Source of the DNA: a virus
Lineage: Duplodnaviria > Caudoviricetes
DNA length: 64,000 bases
Direction: 5' to 3' (one strand)
Virus record (IMG/VR): IMGVR_UViG_3300031555_004710
Coordinates: 1 to 64,000 of that record
Of the stretch, positions 1-10,859 are shown one piece after another. Below the pieces are notes generated by a model. The model worked only from the letters and a program-made list of their open reading frames with translations. It was not told the DNA's origin and made no database searches. The stretch's first letter is position 1. Each line of letters starts with the position of its first letter. Both the position numbers and the translations under genes were made by a program.

Positions 1-140
1 ATTATGGGGGGGGGGGGTAATTTTGTATCACCTCACCCACCAAATATATGTATTAAGTATTTAATGAATTTGTTGAAAGTAATTCATTTTATAGTCATAT
101 ATTATTATATTGATAAATAATAAAAAGGAGTTGTTAATTT

Positions 141-812
141 ATGACAAACAAAAGCTATCAATCTTTACTATGGTGCCCTGAGTGTGGGAGTAATTGTTTT
201 CTAAAAAGTGAAATCAATGGAGATATACTTTCGCATGTATTGGTTAAACTAGATCCAGAGTGTTCTGTAAATTCGGATAATTTTAAAATTTCCGAAGCAT
301 CATTACATGGAACCATGTTAGAATTTGAATGTACTAAATGTGGGAATAAAGATGTAGCAATTATCGATTATCCTATACATAAAATAATACTAGATTTGAA
401 TAAAATGGGATATACAACAGCTTTTTCATGTGCAGGTCATACACCATTTGAAAATTCATATATAGCGTTTTCGAGATTACTTGAGACATCTAAAAAAGAA
501 AAACTTATGATGGCAATTTCGGAAAAGCTAACTTATGCAAAATATTTACCATTATATGACATGATTGAATACACTCATACTTTCTTCGATAGTTTTTCTG
601 AAAGATTTATTAATGTAGTATTAGACGATGATATGGGAACTTTTCAGATAGATTTTAAATATTACAATAAAAATTCATTAGATGAAGATACTGATTATGA
701 AGACTATGAAAAATGTCGTGCATTATTTTGGGAATTCTTATCAGATATTATAGAGGAATTGAAAAATATGGAAATTGATGCGTTAGCACAATCAGAAAAT
801 CCTAAAAGTTAA
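141..812 (+). CDS. Hypothetical early protein with two CxxC pairs and an LNKMGYTTAFSCAGH motif
   Basis: 223 aa ORF, AAGGAG RBS, early motif at 98-113; CPECG and CTKCG suggest a zinc ribbon. Confidence 0.55.
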   Translation: MTNKSYQSLLWCPECGSNCFLKSEINGDILSHVLVKLDPECSVNSDNFKISEASLHGTMLEFECTKCGNKDVAIIDYPIHKIILDLNKMGYTTAFSCAGHTPFENSYIAFSRLLETSKKEKLMMAISEKLTYAKYLPLYDMIEYTHTFFDSFSERFINVVLDDDMGTFQIDFKYYNKNSLDEDTDYEDYEKCRALFWEFLSDIIEELKNMEIDALAQSENPKS

Positions 813-918
813 ATAAAGAGTAGGATAATCTACTCTTTATTTTTTTGATATTATTATGGTTTAACAAAACCCTAATATTTAACTAGAATACCTTATAATA
901 GAAAGGTGGTTTATAATT

Positions 919-1653
919 ATGCTTTATAATTTTTCTGAGTTCCTTACTCAGATTAAAGAAGATATAGGTATTAAAGACGTTCCTCTTCCTGTAGATGATG
1001 CTGCTCTTACTAAGAGATTCATTACAAGTGCTCTTAGGGAATTCTCAGTGCGTTATCCTAGGTTTGAGGAGATTATACTTACTCAAAATGATGCTGTAGA
1101 TTTATCTACAAGAACTACTATAGGTGCAGTTACATATATAATCCCAGAGAAGTATTATAGAGGTAGTCAGATACTGACAGTTATGTCAATAAACTCAACT
1201 GGATATGGAGCAGCAGAGAATATGTATATGCCCAGTGTAATGATAGGCTCTGCGGATACAATGCTAACTTCAATTGCTGGTATAAAAATGGCGGCTGCAA
1301 TGGGAAGTATGATGGGACACGCTCCAACATTTAGATTTGATCCTCCTAATAAGTTAGTTATTTATAACGGCTGGACGGGAAATTCATTCCGTGTGGAAGT
1401 TGGAATGCTGCACGACCCAAGCTTATCAACAATTCCACCTGGAGCAATGACTCATTTGAGACAGCTAGCAGTTTTGGACATTGAAGAATTTTTGTACAAT
1501 AAGATGAAACGTCTTACAGATATCGATACCGGTATTGGTACAATTAATCTCAAAATTGATAACTGGGAAAGTGCGGCTTCAGAAAAACGTGACCTTCTCA
1601 GAGATTGGGATGAGAGCGTTAACATTGATCTAGATACGATTAATTATTTCTAG
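919..1653 (+). CDS. Virion structural protein, probable neck/head-tail adaptor (T4 gp13-like)
   Basis: Late motif 863-874; C-terminal YNKMKRL..IDTGIGTINLKIDNWESAASEKRDLL resembles gp13-family C-termini. Confidence 0.5.
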   Translation: MLYNFSEFLTQIKEDIGIKDVPLPVDDAALTKRFITSALREFSVRYPRFEEIILTQNDAVDLSTRTTIGAVTYIIPEKYYRGSQILTVMSINSTGYGAAENMYMPSVMIGSADTMLTSIAGIKMAAAMGSMMGHAPTFRFDPPNKLVIYNGWTGNSFRVEVGMLHDPSLSTIPPGAMTHLRQLAVLDIEEFLYNKMKRLTDIDTGIGTINLKIDNWESAASEKRDLLRDWDESVNIDLDTINYF

Positions 1654-1765
1654 TATCAATGATTTTCGTATACAGTGACTATTATAATGATATATTATTA
1701 ACGTGAATATAATGGATAAAAACATTATATTCACGTTAAAATTTTATTATAATAAAGGGAGAATA

Positions 1766-2275
1766 ATGACTATGGAAAACAAAATTAATGAAAAAGAATT
1801 TTTCGAAGATCTTCAAAAGAAAATGGAAATTGTTGAACTTGAAACTCTTGTAGAGGATGTTAAAGCATCAAAGAAAAAGGTAAAATTTAAAATTGCCCTA
1901 GATGTAATTAATACAATTGCATCATCAGTCCTAACTGGTTTCTGTATTAATACTGCAGTTAAAGTTGTTAAAGATGATGAAATTGGTATAGGATTTAAAG
2001 GGCTTGCAATTAGTTCAGCAGTGGCTTGTATCGGAATACAGACAGAAAATATTTATAAAACTGCTACTAAAATCAAAGATCTTAACGAGTTGAATAAGAA
2101 GTATAAACCTGTAATGAATTTAATTGAAAACGTTTCCAGATTAGAAAATCCAAACAGAAAATCTGAAACTCTTATAGAAGCTCAGGAAAAGATATCTAAT
2201 GCTACATCAATATCAGAAGCATGTGATATTGCATTGGCAGCTTCTAAAGAGATTGAAAATAAAGAGAGCCTATAA
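1766..2275 (+). CDS. Early membrane-associated protein (paralogue of 31511-32242)
   Basis: Two hydrophobic segments; KKKVKFKIALDV..IASSVLTGFCI aligns with KRKITFKTALTV..IGAGLVAGVCI; start moved to the ATG after the AAAGGGAG RBS. Confidence 0.6.
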   Translation: MTMENKINEKEFFEDLQKKMEIVELETLVEDVKASKKKVKFKIALDVINTIASSVLTGFCINTAVKVVKDDEIGIGFKGLAISSAVACIGIQTENIYKTATKIKDLNELNKKYKPVMNLIENVSRLENPNRKSETLIEAQEKISNATSISEACDIALAASKEIENKESL

Positions 2276-2293
2276 AGCTCTCTTTATTTTTTT

Positions 2294-3034
2294 TTATTTT
2301 TTACCTTTGTCATTTTTGAAATGTCTTTCCAGCATCTCAATACAAATATCATATACTCTCTTCAAAGTAATATATCTTTGAAGTAATTCATCATATTCTA
2401 AAGATGTTAGATTTTGAGTTAATGTCTTATAAATATAATCCTTACAGTTTCTAAGATGATTTAAAACGACATTTAATATATTTATCGTATTCTGGTCATT
2501 TATATTTGTAAGAGAATTTACAAGAATTTCAATATCTCCAGATATTATAGTATATAATTGGATGAGATTATCTCTAACTCTATTTTTCTGAGTGAATAGT
2601 AAATCCACATTATCAGTATTATTACCACCATCTGGATTATCGTCTTCTTCACCAGCACCAGGATCTTCTTCCATATTATCATCATTTCCAGAATCTTCAG
2701 GGTTGTCTGTTGAAGGGTCACCGCCATTTTCTCCACTACCAAAGATATCATCAACCTTTTCGAGGTCTTCTTCATCATTAGTAGGAAGATTTTCTGCTCC
2801 TTCGGCTTTATCCTTTTCTGGATTTCCAGAAGGACCATCAGCAGGTTTCTGTGTACCAAAGATGTCATCAACCTTTTCGAGGTCTTCTTCATCTTCTCTT
2901 TTATCTGCATCAGTTTGAGTACTCGGAGTTCCTCCTATAGCACTTTTAACTTCATTTGCAGTCTGAGATGTGATGTCATCTGCTTCCATTGCAATTGTCA
3001 TAGATTCTAAAAAATCTAAAAATGAATTTGCCAT
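2294..3034 (-). CDS. Acidic head/scaffold-like virion protein
   Basis: Very acidic, duplicated DEEDLEKVDDIFG, N-terminal FLESMTIAME|A protease-type site, co-transcribed after 3052-5169. Confidence 0.45.
   Translation of the reverse strand: MANSFLDFLESMTIAMEADDITSQTANEVKSAIGGTPSTQTDADKREDEEDLEKVDDIFGTQKPADGPSGNPEKDKAEGAENLPTNDEEDLEKVDDIFGSGENGGDPSTDNPEDSGNDDNMEEDPGAGEEDDNPDGGNNTDNVDLLFTQKNRVRDNLIQLYTIISGDIEILVNSLTNINDQNTINILNVVLNHLRNCKDYIYKTLTQNLTSLEYDELLQRYITLKRVYDICIEMLERHFKNDKGKK
2737..2893. repeat. 40-bp direct repeat (2737-2776 and 2854-2893, 1 mismatch) encoding DEEDLEKVDDIFG
   Basis: taccaaagat[a/g]tcatcaaccttttcgaggtcttcttcatc occurs twice. Confidence 0.9.
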
Positions 3035-3051
3035 AAGTATTAACTCCTTTC

Positions 3052-5169
3052 TTATACATTATCTCGATATTCGTTATTTACATATTTCTTTGCAATACGC
3101 ATATCTTCTTTAGTTGCTTTAAGATCATATTTTATTTTATCTCTTGCACGTTCTAATTCAGTCTTAGTTCGCATAAGAGCATATTTAGCTCTTCTATTTC
3201 CATCACCACGAGCATCTTCAATTTTTTCATCCATCATTTTTAATTCAGTTTCAATCTGAAGTAAGATTTCACTTTTCTGCTTTTTGGTTCTTCTCTTACT
3301 AATAGTATGAGATACCAAAAGATATATAAAACCAGCAGTTTTAGAATAATTAAAGATTGCTCCGGTAATTAAAATCTTTTTAAGAAGTCCTAATGGAGTA
3401 AATTTTTTACCCTCAATTATTTCTTCAGTTTTATCTTGAGAGAAAGCTCTTTTAGCAGCACTAAGCATTTTTGATAATTGAGAATCTACTTTAGCTTCGC
3501 TATCTTTATATTTTTTATAGGCATTGTAAATTTTACGTTCACCATCAGACTGAACTTTACTAGCCTTCTTATAACCTTTAGTAGATTGCTTAGCTTCTAT
3601 CTCTGGTCCATCATAATTTTTCTCATATTCAGGATCCTCTTCAATTCTAGTTGGTCCTCTATTACCATTATTAGAAGAGCTTTTTCTATCATCACGAGGT
3701 TCTTCATCTTCATACTCAGAGTCGTCTTCAGTAAATTCTTCATTCTCCTCTTCATAATCTGGTTCTTCCTCTTTCTTAATAGGTTTTTTCTTAACACGTT
3801 TCTTTTTAACCTTTGGAGGTTCTTCTTCATATTCTTCCTCATAATTAGATTCCTCATCTTCGGATTTATCATCACCAAGATTAGTTCTACTATTAACAGC
3901 ATATACTCTATTACGCCCTCTTGCTTCAGTTGCAACATCCATCTCCTGTTCAAGGGTACCAATAAGTTTTTCAGCAAGCTCTAATTCAGGATTTAAATAC
4001 TTATGAAGATATGTAGCATATACTCTATCTGGGATAGATGAATGTTTAGTATTTTCTGTGAATTCTACCCAAAGTTTAAATGCTTCATCATTATGTAGAT
4101 AACTTTTAATCCCTTCAAAATAGTCTCCTCTTAAAAATACATCTTCATAATCCCCAGATTCAGTATATGAACCAACTATACTATTGATTATAGTCTGAAC
4201 TGTTTCAGGGATTGCAAAACTACTAAAGAAAAGAGTTTTAGCATCTCTTAAAAGCATCGAAATTTCTTTCGTACTTAATTCGTTTTCAGTATAATTAAAA
4301 TGAATGGTATTTAAAAATCCTAACATGAATTGTCCAACTACTGGGTTAGCTACATTTACATATCCAGTAGAAGCTAATCTAGTTTTTAATTCATGAAAAC
4401 CCATTATAATATCATTAAAGAACATTAAATATACATCCGATGAAGTTTTATTTTTTGATACTTTACTATATCTATTTGCAAGTTCTCTCATTTTTTCATC
4501 AATTAAATTTCCCCATTCGGTAACATTTAATTGATTTAATAATGTAGAATGATCGATATTGTGACATATATTTATAAATAATGCCTGAAATGGTCTTATA
4601 ATCTCATTAATCTTATGATAGTCTTTATCCTTTGATAAATCAATTTCATATTTATTTTTAAAATATGAATCTAATTCTTCCATTGTCTTACCTTGGATTA
4701 TCAAATCTATTGATACTCTTATTTGCTCCATAAGTACAGGATTATTAATATCTTCATCGGTTCTAGCTAAATACCACTGACATAAAGTATTTATTAATAC
4801 ATCTTTCTTTTCAGAAGGTAATTTAGATATGAAGGTCTTGTCATCTGCACATATAGCAGCTACCATAAGTGAAAAATCATCAAGTTCGAAAACAAGGTTA
4901 TCGAAATTGGATACTAATTTATTACAAAAATATCTAAGCAGATTTAATGAAGATTCACAATGTTCGGATATTGTAGAAGCCCAAACTAAAGATCTTACAA
5001 ATCTACTATAAGATGTAGAAAATCCTAATGAATCAACTGCATTTTGTAAGTCTGGATATACATGATTTATAACATTTTTTCTTACACATAAATCAACTAC
5101 ATCTGCAAGTGAATCATAGTTCTCACAAGTTGTAATTCTATTAATATATTGCTCAAGAAGTTGAGCCAT
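3052..5169 (-). CDS. Large putative inner-head virion protein
   Basis: Late motif 5212-5223; internal VATE|A site followed by an acidic/basic low-complexity linker and a helical C-terminal domain. Confidence 0.5.
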   Translation of the reverse strand: MAQLLEQYINRITTCENYDSLADVVDLCVRKNVINHVYPDLQNAVDSLGFSTSYSRFVRSLVWASTISEHCESSLNLLRYFCNKLVSNFDNLVFELDDFSLMVAAICADDKTFISKLPSEKKDVLINTLCQWYLARTDEDINNPVLMEQIRVSIDLIIQGKTMEELDSYFKNKYEIDLSKDKDYHKINEIIRPFQALFINICHNIDHSTLLNQLNVTEWGNLIDEKMRELANRYSKVSKNKTSSDVYLMFFNDIIMGFHELKTRLASTGYVNVANPVVGQFMLGFLNTIHFNYTENELSTKEISMLLRDAKTLFFSSFAIPETVQTIINSIVGSYTESGDYEDVFLRGDYFEGIKSYLHNDEAFKLWVEFTENTKHSSIPDRVYATYLHKYLNPELELAEKLIGTLEQEMDVATEARGRNRVYAVNSRTNLGDDKSEDEESNYEEEYEEEPPKVKKKRVKKKPIKKEEEPDYEEENEEFTEDDSEYEDEEPRDDRKSSSNNGNRGPTRIEEDPEYEKNYDGPEIEAKQSTKGYKKASKVQSDGERKIYNAYKKYKDSEAKVDSQLSKMLSAAKRAFSQDKTEEIIEGKKFTPLGLLKKILITGAIFNYSKTAGFIYLLVSHTISKRRTKKQKSEILLQIETELKMMDEKIEDARGDGNRRAKYALMRTKTELERARDKIKYDLKATKEDMRIAKKYVNNEYRDNV

Positions 5170-5265
5170 AATGGTCACCACCTTTTCTAGTGATTAGTTA
5201 TGTTTACGCATTAGGAGATTGTTAAAATCATATAAAATAAAGAAGAGTGCATAGCACTCTTCTTT

Positions 5266-5919
5266 TTATTTATTGCTAAATTGTGATGCAGATAAATAAC
5301 CATATTTTCTAGCCTCAGAAATAAATTCTTCTGATGGGCAAAGATATGCACTTATTATACAATCATATTTATCTCCATCTTCATCAATCTTTTTAATACA
5401 CTGCAACTTTTTTTCTGATATAAAAGTTTTTATAGATTTATAAAGACTATTAAACTTTGGATAAAATTCCTCAGAGAATATATCAATCCATTCATCGTCT
5501 TCATCTCTATTATAAGCTTCAGATTCATCCTTTTTCATATATTCCCAGAAGTCAGTGTATGCTAAGCATGTATAATTTTCATCTAAAAATTTACCATATG
5601 ATTTATTTAAGAAATAGGAAACCCCATCTTCATTCTTATTTAAACCATAGATTCCACTTATTTTTAAATTTCTTATCTGAGTATTAATAAAATTATTTAG
5701 TAAATTTAATTCCTTTTTTCTTAATGTAATTTCTTTACTTATTACATCTGCTGGAATCTTTTCCATTACTTCAGTAAGTAATTTATTATATCCATCATAA
5801 TCAAATGATTTAGATTCCTTTTCTTTTTTCTTCTTTTTGAAAAGTTCTTTTATTTTACTAATCAGACCTTCTTCTGCAATCATATATGATTCTAATATAT
5901 CAGCATATGATTTATTCAT
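5266..5919 (-). CDS. Leader-family putative head/ejected protein
   Basis: N-terminus MNKSYADILESYMIAEEG. Confidence 0.6.
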   Translation of the reverse strand: MNKSYADILESYMIAEEGLISKIKELFKKKKKEKESKSFDYDGYNKLLTEVMEKIPADVISKEITLRKKELNLLNNFINTQIRNLKISGIYGLNKNEDGVSYFLNKSYGKFLDENYTCLAYTDFWEYMKKDESEAYNRDEDDEWIDIFSEEFYPKFNSLYKSIKTFISEKKLQCIKKIDEDGDKYDCIISAYLCPSEEFISEARKYGYLSASQFSNK

Positions 5920-5937
5920 ATTAAATCAACCTCATTT

Positions 5938-6996
5938 CTATTTTTTAGTTGTTACTTTTTTCTTCATATAAGTATTAAATGATTCAGCCATTACTTGATT
6001 ATACGTATATCCTAAGAAATAAACTTTCTTAAGTTTTTTATAATTGCTGCTAGAATCACTAATAACATAACACACTCTTTGATTGTCTACAGGTTTACCG
6101 TGTAAATTAAAAGAGCTAGGATGCTTATAATTAAACTTGAATACTTTTTCTCCATCATCGAGTTTAATTCTTTTCTCAATAGGCTCAACGCTATTATGCA
6201 TGCCCTCCTGAACGCTATAATTATCATAATAATATTTTATATCAAATGTAAAATATTTAACGATTTCCATAGCTTGGTTCATTAAGGACTGCTTATAAAA
6301 TTTTTCACTATTTTCAGCAACTGCTTTATTTGTAAGCTCTTCAACTTTTTCACTTCTTAAAGCTTTTGCAATTTTACGTTTTTCAGCTTCTTCTTTCTTC
6401 TTAATATCTTTAGATTTTTTGATATTTTGAAGAGCTTTACTTTCATTACCATTTAATGGTCTAGTAATTGCAAAATATGTTGGATATTCTCCTCGCTCAA
6501 CCTTAAATCCTCCACCTATATCATTCTTTACAATTTCGGATAAAATAGGTAACATTAATTGAGGAAATCCAGGAGCATCATATCTATCGATATTATTACA
6601 ATGAATATTAATATATAAATTATTCATTGTAACATCTGGTGGATATTCTGAAAAATATACACTACTTAAATATATTTTAAAATCATTAATAGATACATTA
6701 TAGTCAACTTTATCAGTAAAACTTTTAATTTTTTTACTATAGTTTTCTGATGATAAACTTTCAATAAGAATATCATTAAATCTTTTTTGCCAATTTGATT
6801 CATAGAAAAATTCTTCAATTTTATCTTTTAGTGATTTATCAAATCTACCATTAGTATCAAACTGAAATTCAAACATTTCTTTTGGATAACTAATAGGATA
6901 TTTTTTAATAATTGAATTAACATTTAGACTTTCTAATGCTACATCTATCATATAACTTTCCAAAGTTTCAGCATAATCATAATACATATTAATCAT
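5938..6996 (-). CDS. Leader-family putative head/ejected protein
   Basis: N-terminus MYYDYAETLESYMIDVALES. Confidence 0.55.
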   Translation of the reverse strand: MINMYYDYAETLESYMIDVALESLNVNSIIKKYPISYPKEMFEFQFDTNGRFDKSLKDKIEEFFYESNWQKRFNDILIESLSSENYSKKIKSFTDKVDYNVSINDFKIYLSSVYFSEYPPDVTMNNLYINIHCNNIDRYDAPGFPQLMLPILSEIVKNDIGGGFKVERGEYPTYFAITRPLNGNESKALQNIKKSKDIKKKEEAEKRKIAKALRSEKVEELTNKAVAENSEKFYKQSLMNQAMEIVKYFTFDIKYYYDNYSVQEGMHNSVEPIEKRIKLDDGEKVFKFNYKHPSSFNLHGKPVDNQRVCYVISDSSSNYKKLKKVYFLGYTYNQVMAESFNTYMKKKVTTKK

Positions 6997-7086
6997 CTCA
7001 CTTTCATTATTTATAAATACATTATATAAAAGTTCAATATTTTTACCAAAAAAATAAGAGGTGGTATACCTCTTATTTTTTATAAA

Positions 7087-7329
7087 TTAGATTCTAAGGT
7101 CTTCGACTATTTGAAGAAACTTTTCTTCTCCTATCAAATCCTCAATGAAATTTTCAAGTTCTTCAATATAGAACGTTTGTGCTGAAATAACTCCATTCTT
7201 AGCTTTACTTATTTTAGATATATCTCTATATCTACTTATGAGTGTAGCTATTGCTAAATATGATGTTGCTTTAGCTAATTTCTTAGTTTTATTACTAAGT
7301 GAAAGACTTAATTTATTTAATAATACCAT
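7087..7329 (-). CDS. Small early hypothetical protein
   Basis: GGGGAGGTG RBS; early motif 7358-7373; flanking terminator. Confidence 0.6.
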   Translation of the reverse strand: MVLLNKLSLSLSNKTKKLAKATSYLAIATLISRYRDISKISKAKNGVISAQTFYIEELENFIEDLIGEEKFLQIVEDLRI

Positions 7330-7442
7330 TTAATTCACCTCCCCTATTTTATATCATTCACATAAATAATATACCACTGAAATAATTATAAATATACCCA
7401 ACAATTCAAGTAAATAGTATTCATTTTAATTATGAATATTAT

Positions 7443-7454
7443 AACAAATTATTA
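7443..7454 (+). promoter_or_regulatory. Late promoter AACA-N6-TAA (representative of 20 exact copies)
   Basis: Copies at +863, 7443, 12343, 17508, 25198, 26084, 29000, 33083, 37552, 39422, 45409, 47801, 63211 and -5212, 14289, 16182, 17476, 55786, 59405, 63184. Confidence 0.8.
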
Positions 7455-7512
7455 AAAATTATATAAGAATACAAATATGACTTTAAAGTAAAATAAGGAG
7501 GTACACCATATT

Positions 7513-9267
7513 ATGGCTATGTACGATAATCACGTAAAAGCTCCTAACGTTGTTGGTAACATTAGCATGTCTGACAGCGATTATGGGTTTAAAAATGAGA
7601 TCAAAGCCGTGTTTGAAAGTTATACTCAACAGGGTGTTGATCTGATTCATGATCTTCCTAGCATCATTTCTTCTCCGAAGTCTAAACAGGACTTCATTGG
7701 AGCTATCACAGAATCTATGTCAGAGTCTCCGCTTTATCAGAACGCTGCTTGTTCTAAAGCTCCTTTCTATAGCAACTACGCAGATAGAGTTGACCAGCTT
7801 TTATCTAACACTCTTGATAGCATCGCTACTGAGTCTGTTATGACTGGTTATGCTCCTATCGTAGCATACAATCCTTTCTTCTTAAAGAAACAGTGGATTG
7901 ACTGTGTATGGAAAGACGTTCTTATGACAGAAATTCCTAAGACTCCTGTTATCGAATTCGGTTTCGAAAGAAGATATTTAAAAGACATCGAAGGAAACGA
8001 ATATCCGCTTCCTGAAGCTCTTTATGATGATGAACTTGTTAAGACTCTTATGGATGCTGCAACAGGTTTAAACATCAAAGAAGAACCTATCGATATCGCT
8101 ACATGTAAAGATCTTTCTTTAATAGATCCTGCTTACATTCCTGGCGTAATCGCTGGTGATCACACTGTAGAATTAACACCTGGTATCAGCATTTGTTCTG
8201 TACAGATGACTGACAGTGAAGGTGGAGTTCATGATGTTCCTGTAAACATCACAGTTGATATCTCTACTCACAACTTCGTTAAAGGTGCTATCAAATTTGA
8301 TGTACTTGACGAAAATGGTGAAGTTAAAGAAACTCTTACTGATGAAATCATCGGTAAAGTAAACTTTAAAGACGGTAAAGTAACAGTAATGAGCACATCT
8401 GGTGCAGTTACAAAAGTTTGCTTCCGTGGCAAAACTGCTAATAGATACAACCAGAGATCTTTAGACGTTGTAAGACGTGTTGAAAAGATCGAAAAAGTTA
8501 TGCCTGAATCTGGCCCAAGACTTAATGCAGCAGTTACAATCGAAGACGCTGCTGATGCTCTTGCTCTTCAGAATATTGATATCATCGCAGATAATATCAA
8601 CGTAATGGGCGCAACTTTAGCTAACTTTGAAGATGCTGAAATCAAATCTTTCCTTGCTGAATCTTTTGAAGCTCAGAAGAGAGGAAATGCTGCAGGCATC
8701 AAATATAATGAACTTGGCGATAACTCTATGATCGTTGAAGGTAGCTTCAATGCTATGCCTTACGATGGTTACGCTTACACAATTCCTGAATGGATGAAAG
8801 CTTCTAGAGAATACTTTGAAAGAGTAGTTGGAGCTCTTAAACTTAAATTAAGATCTTCTAACGTTATCATCGTTGCAGTTGCTAACCCTAACATTGTAAG
8901 ATTCTTACAGGATGGTATCAACTGGGTATTCTCCGATGACACTCAGATTTCAGGTGTTAAATTATCTTACAACTTCGGTATTTATACATCTGCACAGGAT
9001 AGAGTACACATTCTTACATCTATGAGAATGAGCGAAGCTGAAGGTATCAGATTTGTAGTTATTCCTTTAACTAACGAATTGATTACATTCAAAAACTACA
9101 AGTACAATGTAACAATCGATAGAAACTACAGACATCCTTTATTCTCATTAGTACCAAATATCATGGCTACTCAGAGAACACTTCAAATCGAGATTTTACC
9201 TGTTGCTGGTCAGATGTTAATTGAAGGTAGAGAATTATTCTCACCTGACACTCTTACAAGAGCGTAA
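7513..9267 (+). CDS. Major capsid protein precursor
   Basis: 584 aa; codon usage typical of highly expressed genes (ATC/TTC/AAC/GCT); IATE|S propeptide site near residue 107; late promoter; strong terminator; near the prohead protease. Confidence 0.8.
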   Translation: MAMYDNHVKAPNVVGNISMSDSDYGFKNEIKAVFESYTQQGVDLIHDLPSIISSPKSKQDFIGAITESMSESPLYQNAACSKAPFYSNYADRVDQLLSNTLDSIATESVMTGYAPIVAYNPFFLKKQWIDCVWKDVLMTEIPKTPVIEFGFERRYLKDIEGNEYPLPEALYDDELVKTLMDAATGLNIKEEPIDIATCKDLSLIDPAYIPGVIAGDHTVELTPGISICSVQMTDSEGGVHDVPVNITVDISTHNFVKGAIKFDVLDENGEVKETLTDEIIGKVNFKDGKVTVMSTSGAVTKVCFRGKTANRYNQRSLDVVRRVEKIEKVMPESGPRLNAAVTIEDAADALALQNIDIIADNINVMGATLANFEDAEIKSFLAESFEAQKRGNAAGIKYNELGDNSMIVEGSFNAMPYDGYAYTIPEWMKASREYFERVVGALKLKLRSSNVIIVAVANPNIVRFLQDGINWVFSDDTQISGVKLSYNFGIYTSAQDRVHILTSMRMSEAEGIRFVVIPLTNELITFKNYKYNVTIDRNYRHPLFSLVPNIMATQRTLQIEILPVAGQMLIEGRELFSPDTLTRA

Positions 9268-9283
9268 GTAAAATTTAAATAAA

Positions 9284-9316
9284 AAATAAGAGATAGCAAT
9301 ACGCTATCTCTTATTT
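9284..9316 (+). terminator. Intrinsic terminator after the capsid gene
   Basis: aaataagagatagc-aatac-gctatctcttattt. Confidence 0.8.
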
Positions 9317-9370
9317 AATTCTTTATACAATTTATTAATACTATAAAAAACGAAATGAGGTTGATTTAAT

Positions 9371-9952
9371 ATGAATAAAAGTTATGCAGATACTTTAGAA
9401 TCATACTTAATCGATCCTGTAGAAGAAGGATTTCGGAACATCGATAAGGAATCTACTAATACAATAGTTAATCTTATAATGAAAATAATGAATAGTATTG
9501 AATACGGCTGTTTTGATAAAAATGGAAAAGAATTAGATATTAAAGATATTTGGTATAGCTATGTTCAATCTCCTCAAGATACATTAAAACATAAAAAAGG
9601 AATGTGCCTAGATCAAGTTGAATTAGAAAAATTTTTATTTGATAAAAAATCCATTAAATATAAAACATTTTATGTTGAATATACTGATGAAGATGGTGAC
9701 CATCCTTCACACGTATTTCTAACTTTCAAAGATAATAAAAAATATTATTGGTTTGAACATTCGTGGAATTCTTGTAGAGGGATTAAAAAATATGACTCTT
9801 TAAAAGAGTTATTAAATGATGTGGCAGTAAAACATTGTAAAGAATATATTAAAACTTGTAGAATTTGTGAGTATAAAGAAAAATTATGTCATAAAGGACA
9901 ACAAGAAATTATTAATTTAATGAGTCATAAACAAAATTTATACAAAAAATAA
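9371..9952 (+). CDS. Leader-family protein with a transglutaminase/papain-like Cys-His-Glu domain
   Basis: Leader MNKSYADTLESYLIDPVEEG; QSPQDTL...GMCLDQ...SHVFL...YWFEHSW. Confidence 0.65.
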   Translation: MNKSYADTLESYLIDPVEEGFRNIDKESTNTIVNLIMKIMNSIEYGCFDKNGKELDIKDIWYSYVQSPQDTLKHKKGMCLDQVELEKFLFDKKSIKYKTFYVEYTDEDGDHPSHVFLTFKDNKKYYWFEHSWNSCRGIKKYDSLKELLNDVAVKHCKEYIKTCRICEYKEKLCHKGQQEIINLMSHKQNLYKK

Positions 9953-9970
9953 TAAGGAGGTTGATTATAA

Positions 9971-10741
9971 ATGAATAAATCATATGCTGATGTATTAGAA
10001 TCATATCTAATTGAACCTGCTGAAGAAGGTATTGGTGGATTTCTAATTGGTACAGCTGGATTTATAGCTGGAGTTACACTTCTTGGAAAAATAACTGATG
10101 CTAGAAGCAGAAGTAAGTTAAAGAAAGAAATAAGAGCTAATGCCGGAAAGCCTGCTCAATATAAAAACATGTATTCAATACTTAGGAAATACTCTAAAGA
10201 TATTACTGGTGTATTAGAACCAGTTAACGGAAAATTATATCTTAAACTATGGACTGAATTAGAAGTTATTTCTAGAGAATGCGATAATCTAAGAGATGCT
10301 TTCTCAAGTATATCAGAACCGACAGATCCTAGTTCAATATCTAAATATAAACAGATAAATTCAAAGATTAAGAATATGCAATCTAAAGTAAATGTAATTA
10401 TTGAGAAAATTAAAAATATTGATTTATCTGAAGTATCATCAAATACAGTACCCTTACCATCATCTAATATAGAGAAAATAGAAGATATAGTGTGGGATGT
10501 ATTTAATGATTTATGGCGTGGTGGACATGATGGATGGTCATTAATTATGACAGATGATTACTATTTCAGTGATGCTGGAGGAGTTATTAAATCTGGAGCT
10601 GTACCAGAAGCTGATGAATGTGTCGACAACTTTGATAATCTCGTTAGAAGTATTGAAGATGATGACGACCCAGATTCTTATATTAGAAAATATATTTCAA
10701 AGTGTAAATTTGCAATAAATCCAAATTCTAACTTAAAATAA
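9971..10741 (+). CDS. Leader-family protein with a hydrophobic segment directly after the cleavage site
   Basis: MNKSYADVLESYLIEPAEE|GIGGFLIGTAGFIAGVTLLG. Confidence 0.6.
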   Translation: MNKSYADVLESYLIEPAEEGIGGFLIGTAGFIAGVTLLGKITDARSRSKLKKEIRANAGKPAQYKNMYSILRKYSKDITGVLEPVNGKLYLKLWTELEVISRECDNLRDAFSSISEPTDPSSISKYKQINSKIKNMQSKVNVIIEKIKNIDLSEVSSNTVPLPSSNIEKIEDIVWDVFNDLWRGGHDGWSLIMTDDYYFSDAGGVIKSGAVPEADECVDNFDNLVRSIEDDDDPDSYIRKYISKCKFAINPNSNLK

Positions 10742-10859
10742 ATAATAGATAGAACCTAAATAGGTTCTATCTATATTAACCCGTATCAATCGTTAATTGA
10801 ACTCATATATTATTGATGCGATACACTGATAATATTTACATATATGAAAGGAGATTGAT

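Noticed and set aside
6-41. 12-G run as a phase-variable tract or G-quadruplex
   Set aside because: It lies at the window edge and looks like a corrupted left arm of a hairpin whose right arm is TATCACCTCACCCACCA; probably a sequencing/assembly artefact.
141-170. MTNKSY start as another leader-family member
   Set aside because: Lacks ADxLESY and the AxE site, and has an early promoter.
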